Shown here piece by piece: positions 7,929 to 15,857 of a stretch of DNA of 27,899 bases. The stretch's first letter is position 1. Each line of letters starts with the position of its first letter. The notes under the pieces were generated by a model. The model saw nothing but the letters and a program-made list of their open reading frames with translations, searched no databases and was not told where the DNA came from. Source of the stretch: an uncultured archaeon (lineage in GTDB: Archaea > Iainarchaeota > Iainarchaeia > Iainarchaeales > 0-14-0-20-30-16); contig CAZMGA010000009.1 in NCBI GenBank assembly GCA_964565725.1, positions 1-27,899 on the forward strand. Reading direction: 5' to 3'. The position numbers were made by a program, and so were the translations under genes.

Positions 7929-10400
7929 ATGATTAATAAAAATTATTCAAATGATTTTTTAAATATTGAAAAAAAATGGCAAAATAAATGGGAAAATGAA
8001 AAAATATTTAATGCTACTAATAAAGGTAATAAAAAATTTTATTTGTTAGAAATGTTTCCTTATCCTTCTGGTGCAGGATTACATATGGGCCACGCTTTAA
8101 ATTATACGATCTCAGATGTTTTAGCTAGGTTCAAAAGACAACAAGGTTATAATGTTTTATATCCTCAAGGTTATGATGCTTTTGGTTTGCCAGCAGAAAA
8201 TGCTGCAATAAAAGTAGGGGAACATCCATTTGAATATACTAAAAAGGCTATGCAAAATTTTTCAATGCAACAAAAATCTTTGGGATTAAGTTATGACAAA
8301 AATTCTTTTTTAATTACTTGCTCTCCAGAATATTACAAATGGAACCAATATTTTTTCACAAAATTTTTTGAAAACGGTTTAGTGTATAAAAAAAAATCAG
8401 CAGTTAATTGGTGTAAAGAGTGTAATACTGTTTTAGCAAATGAACAAGTGCATGAAGGTAAGTGTTGGAGACATCCTAATTGTAGTGTAGATATAAAACA
8501 ATTAGAACAATGGTATATTAATACATCTAAATATTCAGAAGAATTATTAAAAGAATTGCCAAATTTAGATTGGCCTGAAAGAATAAAGACATTACAAAGA
8601 AATTGGATTGGAAAATCAACAGGCACAGAAGTATTATTTGAAATAAATAATGAAGATTGGAAAGTATTTACTACTAGACCAGATACTATTTATGGTGTGA
8701 CATATTTAGTAATTTCTGCACAACATGAAAAACTAATGCAATTAGTTTCTAATGATCAAAAAGAAAAGGTATTAGAATTTTTAAAAGAAGTAAAATCTGT
8801 GTCAGAAAAAGAAATGGAAAGTATGGAAAAATTAGGAGTTTTCACAGGCTCTTATGCTATAAATCCTTTAACTAATGACAAAATTCCGGTTTATGTTGGA
8901 AATTTTGTAGTTGCTGATTATGCTTCAGGAATGGTAATGGCTGTTCCCGCACATGATCAAAGAGATTATGAATTTGCAAAAAAATATAACATAAATATTA
9001 AATCGGTAATAAAACCAGAAAACGAAGAATTAAATATTGATAATAAAGCATATACTCAAGAAGGGATATTAATTAATTCACAAGAATTTAATGGCATGAA
9101 AAATAAAGAAGCTATAAAAAAAATCACTGAAAAATTAGAAAAAATAAATAAAGGGAAATTTATTACTAATTATAAATTAAGAGATTGGTTAGTTTCAAGA
9201 CAAAGATATTGGGGTACTCCAATTCCTATAATTTATTGTGATAAATGTGGTGTTGTTTCAGTCCCTGAAAAAGATTTGCCAGTTGAATTGCCAAAAGATA
9301 TTAAATTTGGAAAAGGAAATCCATTAGAAACATCAGAATCTTTTTTAAATGTTAAATGTCCCAAATGTGGGGGCAAAGCAAAAAGAGAGACTGATACTAT
9401 GGATACTTTTTTTGATAGTTCGTGGTATTATTTAAGATATTTAGATTCTAAAAATAATTCAAAACCTTTTGAAAAAGAAATAATAAATTATTGGATGCCT
9501 GTTGATTTTTATATAGGTGGTGCAGAACACGCTTGTATGCACTTAATTTATGCGAGAGCATTTACAAAAATGTTAAGAGATGTAGGCTTATTAGAAATTA
9601 ATGAACCTTTTAAAAAATTATTTAATCAAGGAATGCTTCATGGTAGTGATGGAAATAAAATGTCTAAAAGTTTGGGTAATGTAGTAAATCCTATAGATAT
9701 GATAAACAAATTTGGAGCTGATTCATTAAGATTTAATTTAATGTCTTTAGCAAGTCCTGATAAAGATAGTATTTGGAATGAAAGAGGATTAGAAAGTTCT
9801 TTTAAATTTTTAAGTAGAATATATGATTTTTTTATTGAATTTAATTTTTCTCAAACATCAGAAAAATTAGCGCACAAACTAAATAAAACAATTAGAGAAT
9901 ATTATGAAGATTTAGAAAGTTTGAAATATAATTTAGGATTGATAAAATTAAGAGAATTATTTGATTTGGTTTTTGAAGAAAAAAATATTTCTAAAGAAGA
10001 TTTTAATTCTTTAATGAAAATGCTTTGTCTTTTTACACCTCATATTGCTAATGAATTATGGTCAAAATATAATTCTACAGATTTATCTTTTGAAACATAT
10101 CCTCAATGCGAAGAATGTAAAATAAATAAACAATTTGATGTTCAAGAAAAATTTGAAAATAAATTAACTGATGATTTAAACAGTATATTAAAAATAATGC
10201 AAAAAAATATAGTTTTGAAAAATGCCTATGTTTATGTTTTACCAAATGAAAAATATTTGTATGATGCTGTATTGAATAATGTTTCCAAAAGAACTAATTT
10301 AATTATAAAAATATTTGCTGTAAATGATACCGAAAAATACGATCCTGAAAATAAATCACAAAAAGCAAAACCCGGCAAACCAGCAATATATTTGGAGTAA
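7929..10400 (+). CDS. leuS: Leucyl-tRNA synthetase, bacterial-type domain order
   Basis: 823 aa. Motifs present: MFPYPSGAGLHMGH (HIGH), DAFGLPAENAA, Zn module WCKECNTVLANEQV...CWRH, editing-domain TTRPDT, AVPAHDQRDYEFA, RDWLVSRQRYWGTPIP, ETDTMDTFFDSSWYY, YIGGAEHACMHL, KMSKS. Confidence 0.95.
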   Translation: MINKNYSNDFLNIEKKWQNKWENEKIFNATNKGNKKFYLLEMFPYPSGAGLHMGHALNYTISDVLARFKRQQGYNVLYPQGYDAFGLPAENAAIKVGEHPFEYTKKAMQNFSMQQKSLGLSYDKNSFLITCSPEYYKWNQYFFTKFFENGLVYKKKSAVNWCKECNTVLANEQVHEGKCWRHPNCSVDIKQLEQWYINTSKYSEELLKELPNLDWPERIKTLQRNWIGKSTGTEVLFEINNEDWKVFTTRPDTIYGVTYLVISAQHEKLMQLVSNDQKEKVLEFLKEVKSVSEKEMESMEKLGVFTGSYAINPLTNDKIPVYVGNFVVADYASGMVMAVPAHDQRDYEFAKKYNINIKSVIKPENEELNIDNKAYTQEGILINSQEFNGMKNKEAIKKITEKLEKINKGKFITNYKLRDWLVSRQRYWGTPIPIIYCDKCGVVSVPEKDLPVELPKDIKFGKGNPLETSESFLNVKCPKCGGKAKRETDTMDTFFDSSWYYLRYLDSKNNSKPFEKEIINYWMPVDFYIGGAEHACMHLIYARAFTKMLRDVGLLEINEPFKKLFNQGMLHGSDGNKMSKSLGNVVNPIDMINKFGADSLRFNLMSLASPDKDSIWNERGLESSFKFLSRIYDFFIEFNFSQTSEKLAHKLNKTIREYYEDLESLKYNLGLIKLRELFDLVFEEKNISKEDFNSLMKMLCLFTPHIANELWSKYNSTDLSFETYPQCEECKINKQFDVQEKFENKLTDDLNSILKIMQKNIVLKNAYVYVLPNEKYLYDAVLNNVSKRTNLIIKIFAVNDTEKYDPENKSQKAKPGKPAIYLE

Positions 10401-10808
10401 TTATATATTTATAATTACATTATTTTTTTTTATTTTATTTTTTTTTGATTTTTTAACTAAGTAATGACAAGTGCTTTTTTTAATACCTATTTCTTTTTCT
10501 ATTAATCTATAACTTTTTCCAGACCTATACATTTTTATAACATTTAATATTTGTTTTGGATTTATTTCCAATGGTTTTCCTGAATTTTTTTTAAATTTAA
10601 TTTCAATATTATTTTCTTTAATATAATCTAAAACCTTTTTAGATAATCTTTTGTAGGTGGATGGTGCAAAAGATATTTTTTTACAATTTATTTTTTTTAT
10701 TTCCTCATATTTTATAGGTCTAGTAAAATGATATGAATTAAATTTTCCTTTAGGTATTTTTTTAACGATATTTGCTTCTATTATATCCCCTTTTGCAAGT
10801 TGTATAAT
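10401..10808 (-). CDS. Untracked 135-codon open frame with a C-terminal resolvase-type helix-turn-helix and no canonical start. It could be a pseudogene, a -1 frameshift extension of the ligase, or an assembly indel.
   Basis: My translation of the minus strand: IIQLAKGDIIEANIVKKIPKGKFNSYHFTRPIKYEEIKKINCKKISFAPSTYKRLSKKVLDYIKENNIEIKFKKNSGKPLEINPKQILNVIKMYRSGKSYRLIEKEIGIKKSTCHYLVKKSKKNKIKKNNVIINI*. The segment GKPLEI..(16 aa)..SGKSYRLIEKEIGIKKSTCHYL matches the HTH_7/resolvase pattern GRP...G.S.r.IA...GiS..TvyRyL. The first in-frame ATG/GTG/TTG leaves only 56 codons, which explains its absence from the track. Confidence 0.35.
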   Translation of the reverse strand: MIQLAKGDIIEANIVKKIPKGKFNSYHFTRPIKYEEIKKINCKKISFAPSTYKRLSKKVLDYIKENNIEIKFKKNSGKPLEINPKQILNVIKMYRSGKSYRLIEKEIGIKKSTCHYLVKKSKKNKIKKNNVIINI

Positions 10809-12535
10809 TCATCTATTTCTTCTAAAGTAGTTGTATCTTGAGAATCTTTATCTTCTCTAATTCTAATAAATCTTGGAAATCTAAATGATAAATTTTTTGT
10901 GTTTTTATATACTTGACTTTTTGTGATTTCATCTACTATTATTTCTATAATTATTTTAGGTTCTAAATATTTATTTGGTGTTAAATCAGAATTATAATTT
11001 AAAGGTTTTTCATTTAATTCTAAATCTTTAAATTTTTCCTTTAAATCTTTCATAATTTCTTCTGTTAATCCAGAACCAACCTTTGCTATCGCATTATATG
11101 TGTTTAATTCAGAATCGTAAATTGCACACAATAAACTAGAAGGTAAATTTTTATTTTTACCATTACCAAAAAAGAATCCAATAACACAAACATCCAATGT
11201 ATCTGCAACACCATCTAAGTAATTTTTTTTAAGTTTTATCCAACTGAAATCTCTAGATCCCGGCACATAGGGTTTAGTTAAATCTTTTGCTATTACCCCT
11301 TCTAAATTTTTGTTTAAACAAGATTCAAAAAACATTTGTAAGTCATTTTTATTATCTGTATAAATATTTTCTGAAAGTACTATATTTTCATCATTTATTT
11401 CTTTAATTAAATTTTCTAAAATTTTTCTTCTTTCTTTTAATGGCAAACAAAAAATTTCTTTATTATCTAAATATAATATATCAAAAACAATTAATTTAAT
11501 TGGTATGTCTTTTGATATTTCTTTAATATTGTATTTTCTTTTTCTTTTAATTGTTTCTTGAAAACTTAAAAATTTTTTCTTTTTATTGTCATAACCTATA
11601 GCTTCTGAATCTAAAATAAAACTATGTTTATTTTTATTTAAAATCTCTAAAAATTCAGGGAAATAATTAGTGATATTTTCTGATCTTCTTGAAAACATTT
11701 CTACTTTTTTGTCTTTATGGATTTGAGTTCTAAACCCATCATATTTTCCTTCTACTATACAATATCCTAATCTATTAATTATTGCATCAGAACTTTTTTC
11801 TCTTTCACATAACGCGCTTTTTATAGGTATTCCTGGTTTAATTTTTATTTCATTTATTGCATCATACCCTTTAATCCAAATTAATTCCGCAATGTATCCT
11901 AAATCATTATTTATACTTTGTTTTAAATCTATATTTTCTTTAATTTTTTTATACTCATGCATATTTTCATCATAATTGTTATAATTTTTATCTTTCATAA
12001 TTTTTAATGCCAAAGATTCAATTATTGTGTGAATTCCTAAATTTAATCTTAATGTTTTTAGTATCAATTTTGTAATGTATTTTGTTTCTAATTCTGTAGA
12101 GTTATTGTATAATGAAGAAATTAAATCTATTTTCATACTTGAACTATTTTTTCCAGTAGTATTTGAAATTTTTTTTAAAGTGTTATAAACATCAGTTAAA
12201 TTTAATTTTTTAGAAAAAATAAATTTTTGTTTTCTTTCTTTTGCAAATAATTCAGCAGTAATTCCTAAGTCTCCATTTTTTAAGTGTGTTTTTTTTATTT
12301 GTATTTCTGGAATTCCAAAGCTTTTAGATATCGCAGAAATAATTAAACTATGACCTATATTCATTTCTTTATTATCATAAGCTAAATTAATTCTTGATAA
12401 CAACAAATAAGTAGCAATTTTTATTTCATCTTTATTTAAATTAGAATATAATTTATAAATATAATCTCTAATTAGTAATCTAGATTCAGTAGTTTCTAAT
12501 TTATTTAAATGTTTTGAAAAATCAATAAATTGCAT
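10781..12535 (-). CDS. lig: ATP-dependent DNA ligase
   Basis: 584 aa. Adenylation motif I EGKYDGFR (KxDG), motif IV-like EGVIAKD, motif V-like WIKLKKNY, and an OB-domain end RFPRFIRIREDK. Confidence 0.93.
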   Translation of the reverse strand: MQFIDFSKHLNKLETTESRLLIRDYIYKLYSNLNKDEIKIATYLLLSRINLAYDNKEMNIGHSLIISAISKSFGIPEIQIKKTHLKNGDLGITAELFAKERKQKFIFSKKLNLTDVYNTLKKISNTTGKNSSSMKIDLISSLYNNSTELETKYITKLILKTLRLNLGIHTIIESLALKIMKDKNYNNYDENMHEYKKIKENIDLKQSINNDLGYIAELIWIKGYDAINEIKIKPGIPIKSALCEREKSSDAIINRLGYCIVEGKYDGFRTQIHKDKKVEMFSRRSENITNYFPEFLEILNKNKHSFILDSEAIGYDNKKKKFLSFQETIKRKRKYNIKEISKDIPIKLIVFDILYLDNKEIFCLPLKERRKILENLIKEINDENIVLSENIYTDNKNDLQMFFESCLNKNLEGVIAKDLTKPYVPGSRDFSWIKLKKNYLDGVADTLDVCVIGFFFGNGKNKNLPSSLLCAIYDSELNTYNAIAKVGSGLTEEIMKDLKEKFKDLELNEKPLNYNSDLTPNKYLEPKIIIEIIVDEITKSQVYKNTKNLSFRFPRFIRIREDKDSQDTTTLEEIDELYNLQKGI

Positions 12536-12565
12536 AATAAAATAAAAAGAGAAGAAAGGTTTAAA

Positions 12566-13255
12566 TTATTGCCCTTTTACTTCTAAATCCTTATATTCTA
12601 CAAATGTTTTGAAAATATTATTTAAGATTTCTTTATACATTTCAAAATTTGTATTTGGCGCTAATTTTAATGAAACAATTATTTTTTCATTTTCAAAACT
12701 TTCTAATTTTGCATTAGTTTTTTCTAAAAAGTTTTTTAATATTGTTTCAATTTTTTCTTTATTATTTAATGTTTTTTTCTTTTTAACATAAACTTCTATA
12801 TCATGATCAGAATATGGTGAATTAAAATCAACCATAATTCTTCCACCAGAAACACTTCTTACTGTACCATATAAATCTTCAGTTTGAATTGTTAAACCTA
12901 CAAAAGGATTTATTTTATTTTCTTTAAAAGTAGATAATGGTACAATTCTTAACATTTCTTTATTTCTTAAACCATATGCATCAATAGGACCTAATTTTAA
13001 TGTTTTTTCTTCGCCATCTTTTAAATTAAATAAAGTTTCTTCTACTTTTGGAAACAAATTACCCATTTTTTCAAAAATTGGTTTTTCTCCTTTAAAAACA
13101 ATTACTTTTTCTTGTCCTTTTACTTTTTCTGGCAAATTAGTTTCGATTATTTTATTTAAAGTTAAATCTTTAATAATATAATCAACTAAATAAATATTTC
13201 TAATTTTTTCTTTTTGTTCATTAGATTTATTTTTTTCAACATTTTTTTCAGTCAT
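12566..13255 (-). CDS. FKBP-type peptidyl-prolyl cis-trans isomerase, long archaeal type with an insert-in-flap and a C-terminal domain
   Basis: 229 aa, collinear with archaeal FKBP17/26-type proteins. Matching strings: LVDYI, KDGEEKTLKLGPIDAYGLRNKEMLRIVPLSTF, GTVRSVSGGRIMVDFNSPYSDHDIEVYV. The usual NHPLAG is diverged to NSPYSD. Confidence 0.75.
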   Translation of the reverse strand: MTEKNVEKNKSNEQKEKIRNIYLVDYIIKDLTLNKIIETNLPEKVKGQEKVIVFKGEKPIFEKMGNLFPKVEETLFNLKDGEEKTLKLGPIDAYGLRNKEMLRIVPLSTFKENKINPFVGLTIQTEDLYGTVRSVSGGRIMVDFNSPYSDHDIEVYVKKKKTLNNKEKIETILKNFLEKTNAKLESFENEKIIVSLKLAPNTNFEMYKEILNNIFKTFVEYKDLEVKGQ

Positions 13256-13284
13256 AAAATCACTCTTTAATATTTTAAATATAA

Positions 13285-13466
13285 TGGGGTTGCAGGGACT
13301 CGAACCCTGGTTAACAGGTATCTCCTAAAAGTAAACCTGTTTGCTATCTTCATTGCTTTATAAAAGCTCAGCGCTCCCGATTTAGGAATAATTTTGAATC
13401 AAAAGATTAAAATTAAACTTTGTAGTGTATCTGGAGCCTATCGTACTACCGCTATACTACAACCCC
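13285..13466 (-). tRNA. tRNA-Trp (anticodon CCA) interrupted by a 111-nt intron at the canonical 37/38 position
   Basis: Exon 1 (13466-13431): GGGGUUG UA GUAU AGCGGUA GUAC G AUAGG CUCCAG. Exon 2 (13319-13285): A CCUGU UAAC CAGGG UUCGAGU CCCUG CAACCCC A. The spliced product is a 71-nt cloverleaf with all stems paired. CUCC(32-35) pairs with GGAG at the intron 3' end, flanked by two 3-nt bulges that carry the splice sites (BHB). Confidence 0.88.
13320..13430 (-). ncRNA. tRNA-Trp intron, possibly a degenerate box C/D guide RNA
   Basis: CUGA lies at 13368-13371. A hairpin GCUUU-UAU-AAAGC lies at 13355-13367. AUGAAGA at 13347-13353 has one mismatch to RUGAUGA. The guide-like UCGGGAGCG (13372-13380) is complementary to 7 of 9 nt of G30-A38, with C34 opposite the 5th nt upstream of CUGA. 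Terminal C and D boxes were not found. Confidence 0.4.
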
Positions 13467-13544
13467 ATTTTTATAATATTATATAATAAATATAAAGATA
13501 TATTTAAAAATAAGATTTTTTTATATATTTAGAATGGTGATTTA

Positions 13545-15857
13545 ATGATTATTGGGGGATATAGAGTAGGAGATCATTTATTAAAAAATATAAATGATAA
13601 AAAAAATTTAGTAATTAATTGTAAAAATTGTGTTTATTCAGCAAGTTTGGCAGAAGATAAGGCTTGTAGATTACATATAAATTCTATAGCTTCAAAAGAA
13701 AAACCAGATTTAATTGTATTAGCAGATGTTTATGAAAGAGTATATGATGAAGTGCAAACTGCAAAAATGACTGAAATATCTTCTTTAATTTCTGATTTTG
13801 AACAACAAGGTGTTTGGGGCCCCGAACATTTAACTGATGGGCAAACCGAAAACGAACAGTATTCTCCTTCAAGACATGCACTAATTATTAAAGTTGCTCA
13901 CGAATTATTAGCCTATGATCCAGTTTTAGCTTATTTAGAGTTAGTTGATGAAATTAAAAAAGAAAAATTAAGAATGGCTAAAATGTCTGAAATTTATCAA
14001 AAAGGGGCTGAACCATATTTAGAAACATTAATTTTTATTTATAAAAAATTAGAATCTACAAAAATGATTTTAGAAACAAAAAAATATTTAGAAAGTTTAT
14101 CTCAAATTCCTGATACTTCTCAATTATACAGAAGTATTTTTAATGCCGAAATAAAACCATCATTCATAGGTTCTAGATTATTATTTGGAGAAACAAAAGG
14201 TTTAGAGTTAGTAGATGAATATACAATAAAAAATAATTATGTTCAAATTTTTAAACATCCGGATCAAATTGAATATTGGTATTTAATAAACCCTCCAGAA
14301 TATACTTTAACTCCTGAAAAATATTTTATAATTAGTAAAACAAAAGAAATTGTTGCAGAATATAGGCCTGCAAATTCTTCTGCTGCAGTAGGTTCAAACA
14401 CAAAAGAATATTTTAAAAGAGTTTTTATGTCTACTGTAAAAGGTGTTGCCAAAGCTTATAAAATACCTTTGAATTTAGAAGATCAAGAAGCTTTAACAGA
14501 AATTGTTACAAGATATACTGTTGGATATGGTATATTAGAATTATTATTAGAAGATAGACAAATTACAGATATATATGTAGATTCACCTATAGGTAATAAA
14601 CCAATAAAACTTATTCATGGTAAATATGGAGAATGTAAAACAAATATATTATATTCTGTAGATGAAGCTAAATCAGTAGTATCAAAATTTAGATCTGAAT
14701 CTGGAAGGCCTTTTGATGAAGCACATCCTGTTTTAGATTATGATTTGCCAGATTTTGATACAAGAGTTGCAGTTATTGGACCTCCATTAAGTCCTGATGG
14801 GTTGGCTTTTGCATTTAGACTTCATAAAAATACACCTTGGACCTTACCACAATTAATCGATGCTAAAGGTATAAATTCTTTGAGTGCAGGAATGTTATCT
14901 TTTTTTGTAGATATGCAGTCTACAATTATGGTTGCAGGATCAAGAGGTTCTGGAAAAACATCTTTAATGACTGCCTTAATGTTAGAAATACCTCAAAGTG
15001 CAAGAATAATTGCTCAAGAAGATACTTTAGAATTGCCCTCATTATATATGAAAAATATTGGATTTAATATTCAGAGATTAAAAACTCAAAGTGCAATAAG
15101 TGTTGCAAAAACAGGTATTGAAGTGCCACCTGATGAAGCATTAAGAACTGGATTAAGATTAGGTGATTCGAGTATAATTATTGGAGAAGTAAGAAGTGTT
15201 GAAGCAAAAGTTTTATATGAAGCTATGCGTGTAGGTGCTGCAGGTAATGTAGTAATGGGTACAATTCATGGGGACTCAGCGTATTCTGTTTGGGATAGAG
15301 TTGTAAATGATTTGGAAGTTCCAAATACATCTTTTAAAGCTACAGATATAGTAACAGTTTCAAGACCAATTAGATTTGAAGGTTCTTTAAAGAGACATAG
15401 AAGGTTAACACAAATTACAGAAATAAAAAAGCATTGGATAGATGATCCTGAAAAAGAAGGAGGATTATTAGATTTAATGTTATATCAAGCAAAAAATGAT
15501 ACTTTGGAGTTATTAGAAGATAATTTGAAAGACTCTGAATTATTTAATAAAATACAAAGAGTTAGTGGTATGAATATGGATCAAATTTGGAAAAACATTT
15601 CTATGTTAGCCGAATCAAAACAATATTTAGTAGATGTAAAAAGAAAAATAGGAATACCAGATATTTTAGAAGCTGAAAATACATTAATTTCATCAAATAA
15701 ATTAAGATTGTTGAAAGAGCAAAGTATTGAAGAAAATGGAAAAGCCAATTATAGTAATGTATTAAAAGATTGGAAACTATGGTTAGATAATGAGTTTGTA
15801 CCATATATTAAGAAAAAATATACTGTAAATGAAGCAGTTTCAAAAACAATTAAGTGA
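13545..15857 (+). CDS. Type II/IV secretion-family ATPase (archaeal type IV pilus / archaellum FlaI-ArlI-like assembly ATPase) with a long N-terminal extension
   Basis: 770 aa. Walker A VAGSRGSGKTS is encoded near 14931-14966. Walker B/Asp-box-like DSSIIIGEVRSVEA is near 15171-15200, followed by GTIHGDS. GGTGA lies 4 nt upstream of the ATG (13536-13540). Confidence 0.85.
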   Translation: MIIGGYRVGDHLLKNINDKKNLVINCKNCVYSASLAEDKACRLHINSIASKEKPDLIVLADVYERVYDEVQTAKMTEISSLISDFEQQGVWGPEHLTDGQTENEQYSPSRHALIIKVAHELLAYDPVLAYLELVDEIKKEKLRMAKMSEIYQKGAEPYLETLIFIYKKLESTKMILETKKYLESLSQIPDTSQLYRSIFNAEIKPSFIGSRLLFGETKGLELVDEYTIKNNYVQIFKHPDQIEYWYLINPPEYTLTPEKYFIISKTKEIVAEYRPANSSAAVGSNTKEYFKRVFMSTVKGVAKAYKIPLNLEDQEALTEIVTRYTVGYGILELLLEDRQITDIYVDSPIGNKPIKLIHGKYGECKTNILYSVDEAKSVVSKFRSESGRPFDEAHPVLDYDLPDFDTRVAVIGPPLSPDGLAFAFRLHKNTPWTLPQLIDAKGINSLSAGMLSFFVDMQSTIMVAGSRGSGKTSLMTALMLEIPQSARIIAQEDTLELPSLYMKNIGFNIQRLKTQSAISVAKTGIEVPPDEALRTGLRLGDSSIIIGEVRSVEAKVLYEAMRVGAAGNVVMGTIHGDSAYSVWDRVVNDLEVPNTSFKATDIVTVSRPIRFEGSLKRHRRLTQITEIKKHWIDDPEKEGGLLDLMLYQAKNDTLELLEDNLKDSELFNKIQRVSGMNMDQIWKNISMLAESKQYLVDVKRKIGIPDILEAENTLISSNKLRLLKEQSIEENGKANYSNVLKDWKLWLDNEFVPYIKKKYTVNEAVSKTIK

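Noticed and set aside
8333-8626. 97-aa minus-strand ORF
   Set aside because: It is antisense inside leuS, within the conserved Zn-module region. It is a chance open frame.
10401-10808. HTH frame as the remnant of an IS element or integrated mobile element
   Set aside because: There is no transposase or recombinase catalytic domain, no terminal inverted repeats and no target-site duplication. Only the HTH is recognisable.
2843-12535. Inteins in PolD DP2, LeuRS or the DNA ligase
   Set aside because: Protein lengths are normal for the families. I saw no intein block motifs (a Cys/Ser start with a His-Asn-Cys/Ser/Thr end flanking an insertion).
12609-12791. 60-aa plus-strand ORF
   Set aside because: It is antisense inside the FKBP gene and Phe/Ile/Ser-rich low complexity.
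13684-13881. 65-aa minus-strand ORF
   Set aside because: It is antisense inside the pilus ATPase gene.
14264-14452. 62-aa minus-strand ORF
   Set aside because: It is antisense inside the pilus ATPase gene.
15601-15804. 67-aa minus-strand ORF
   Set aside because: It is antisense inside the 3' end of the pilus ATPase gene.
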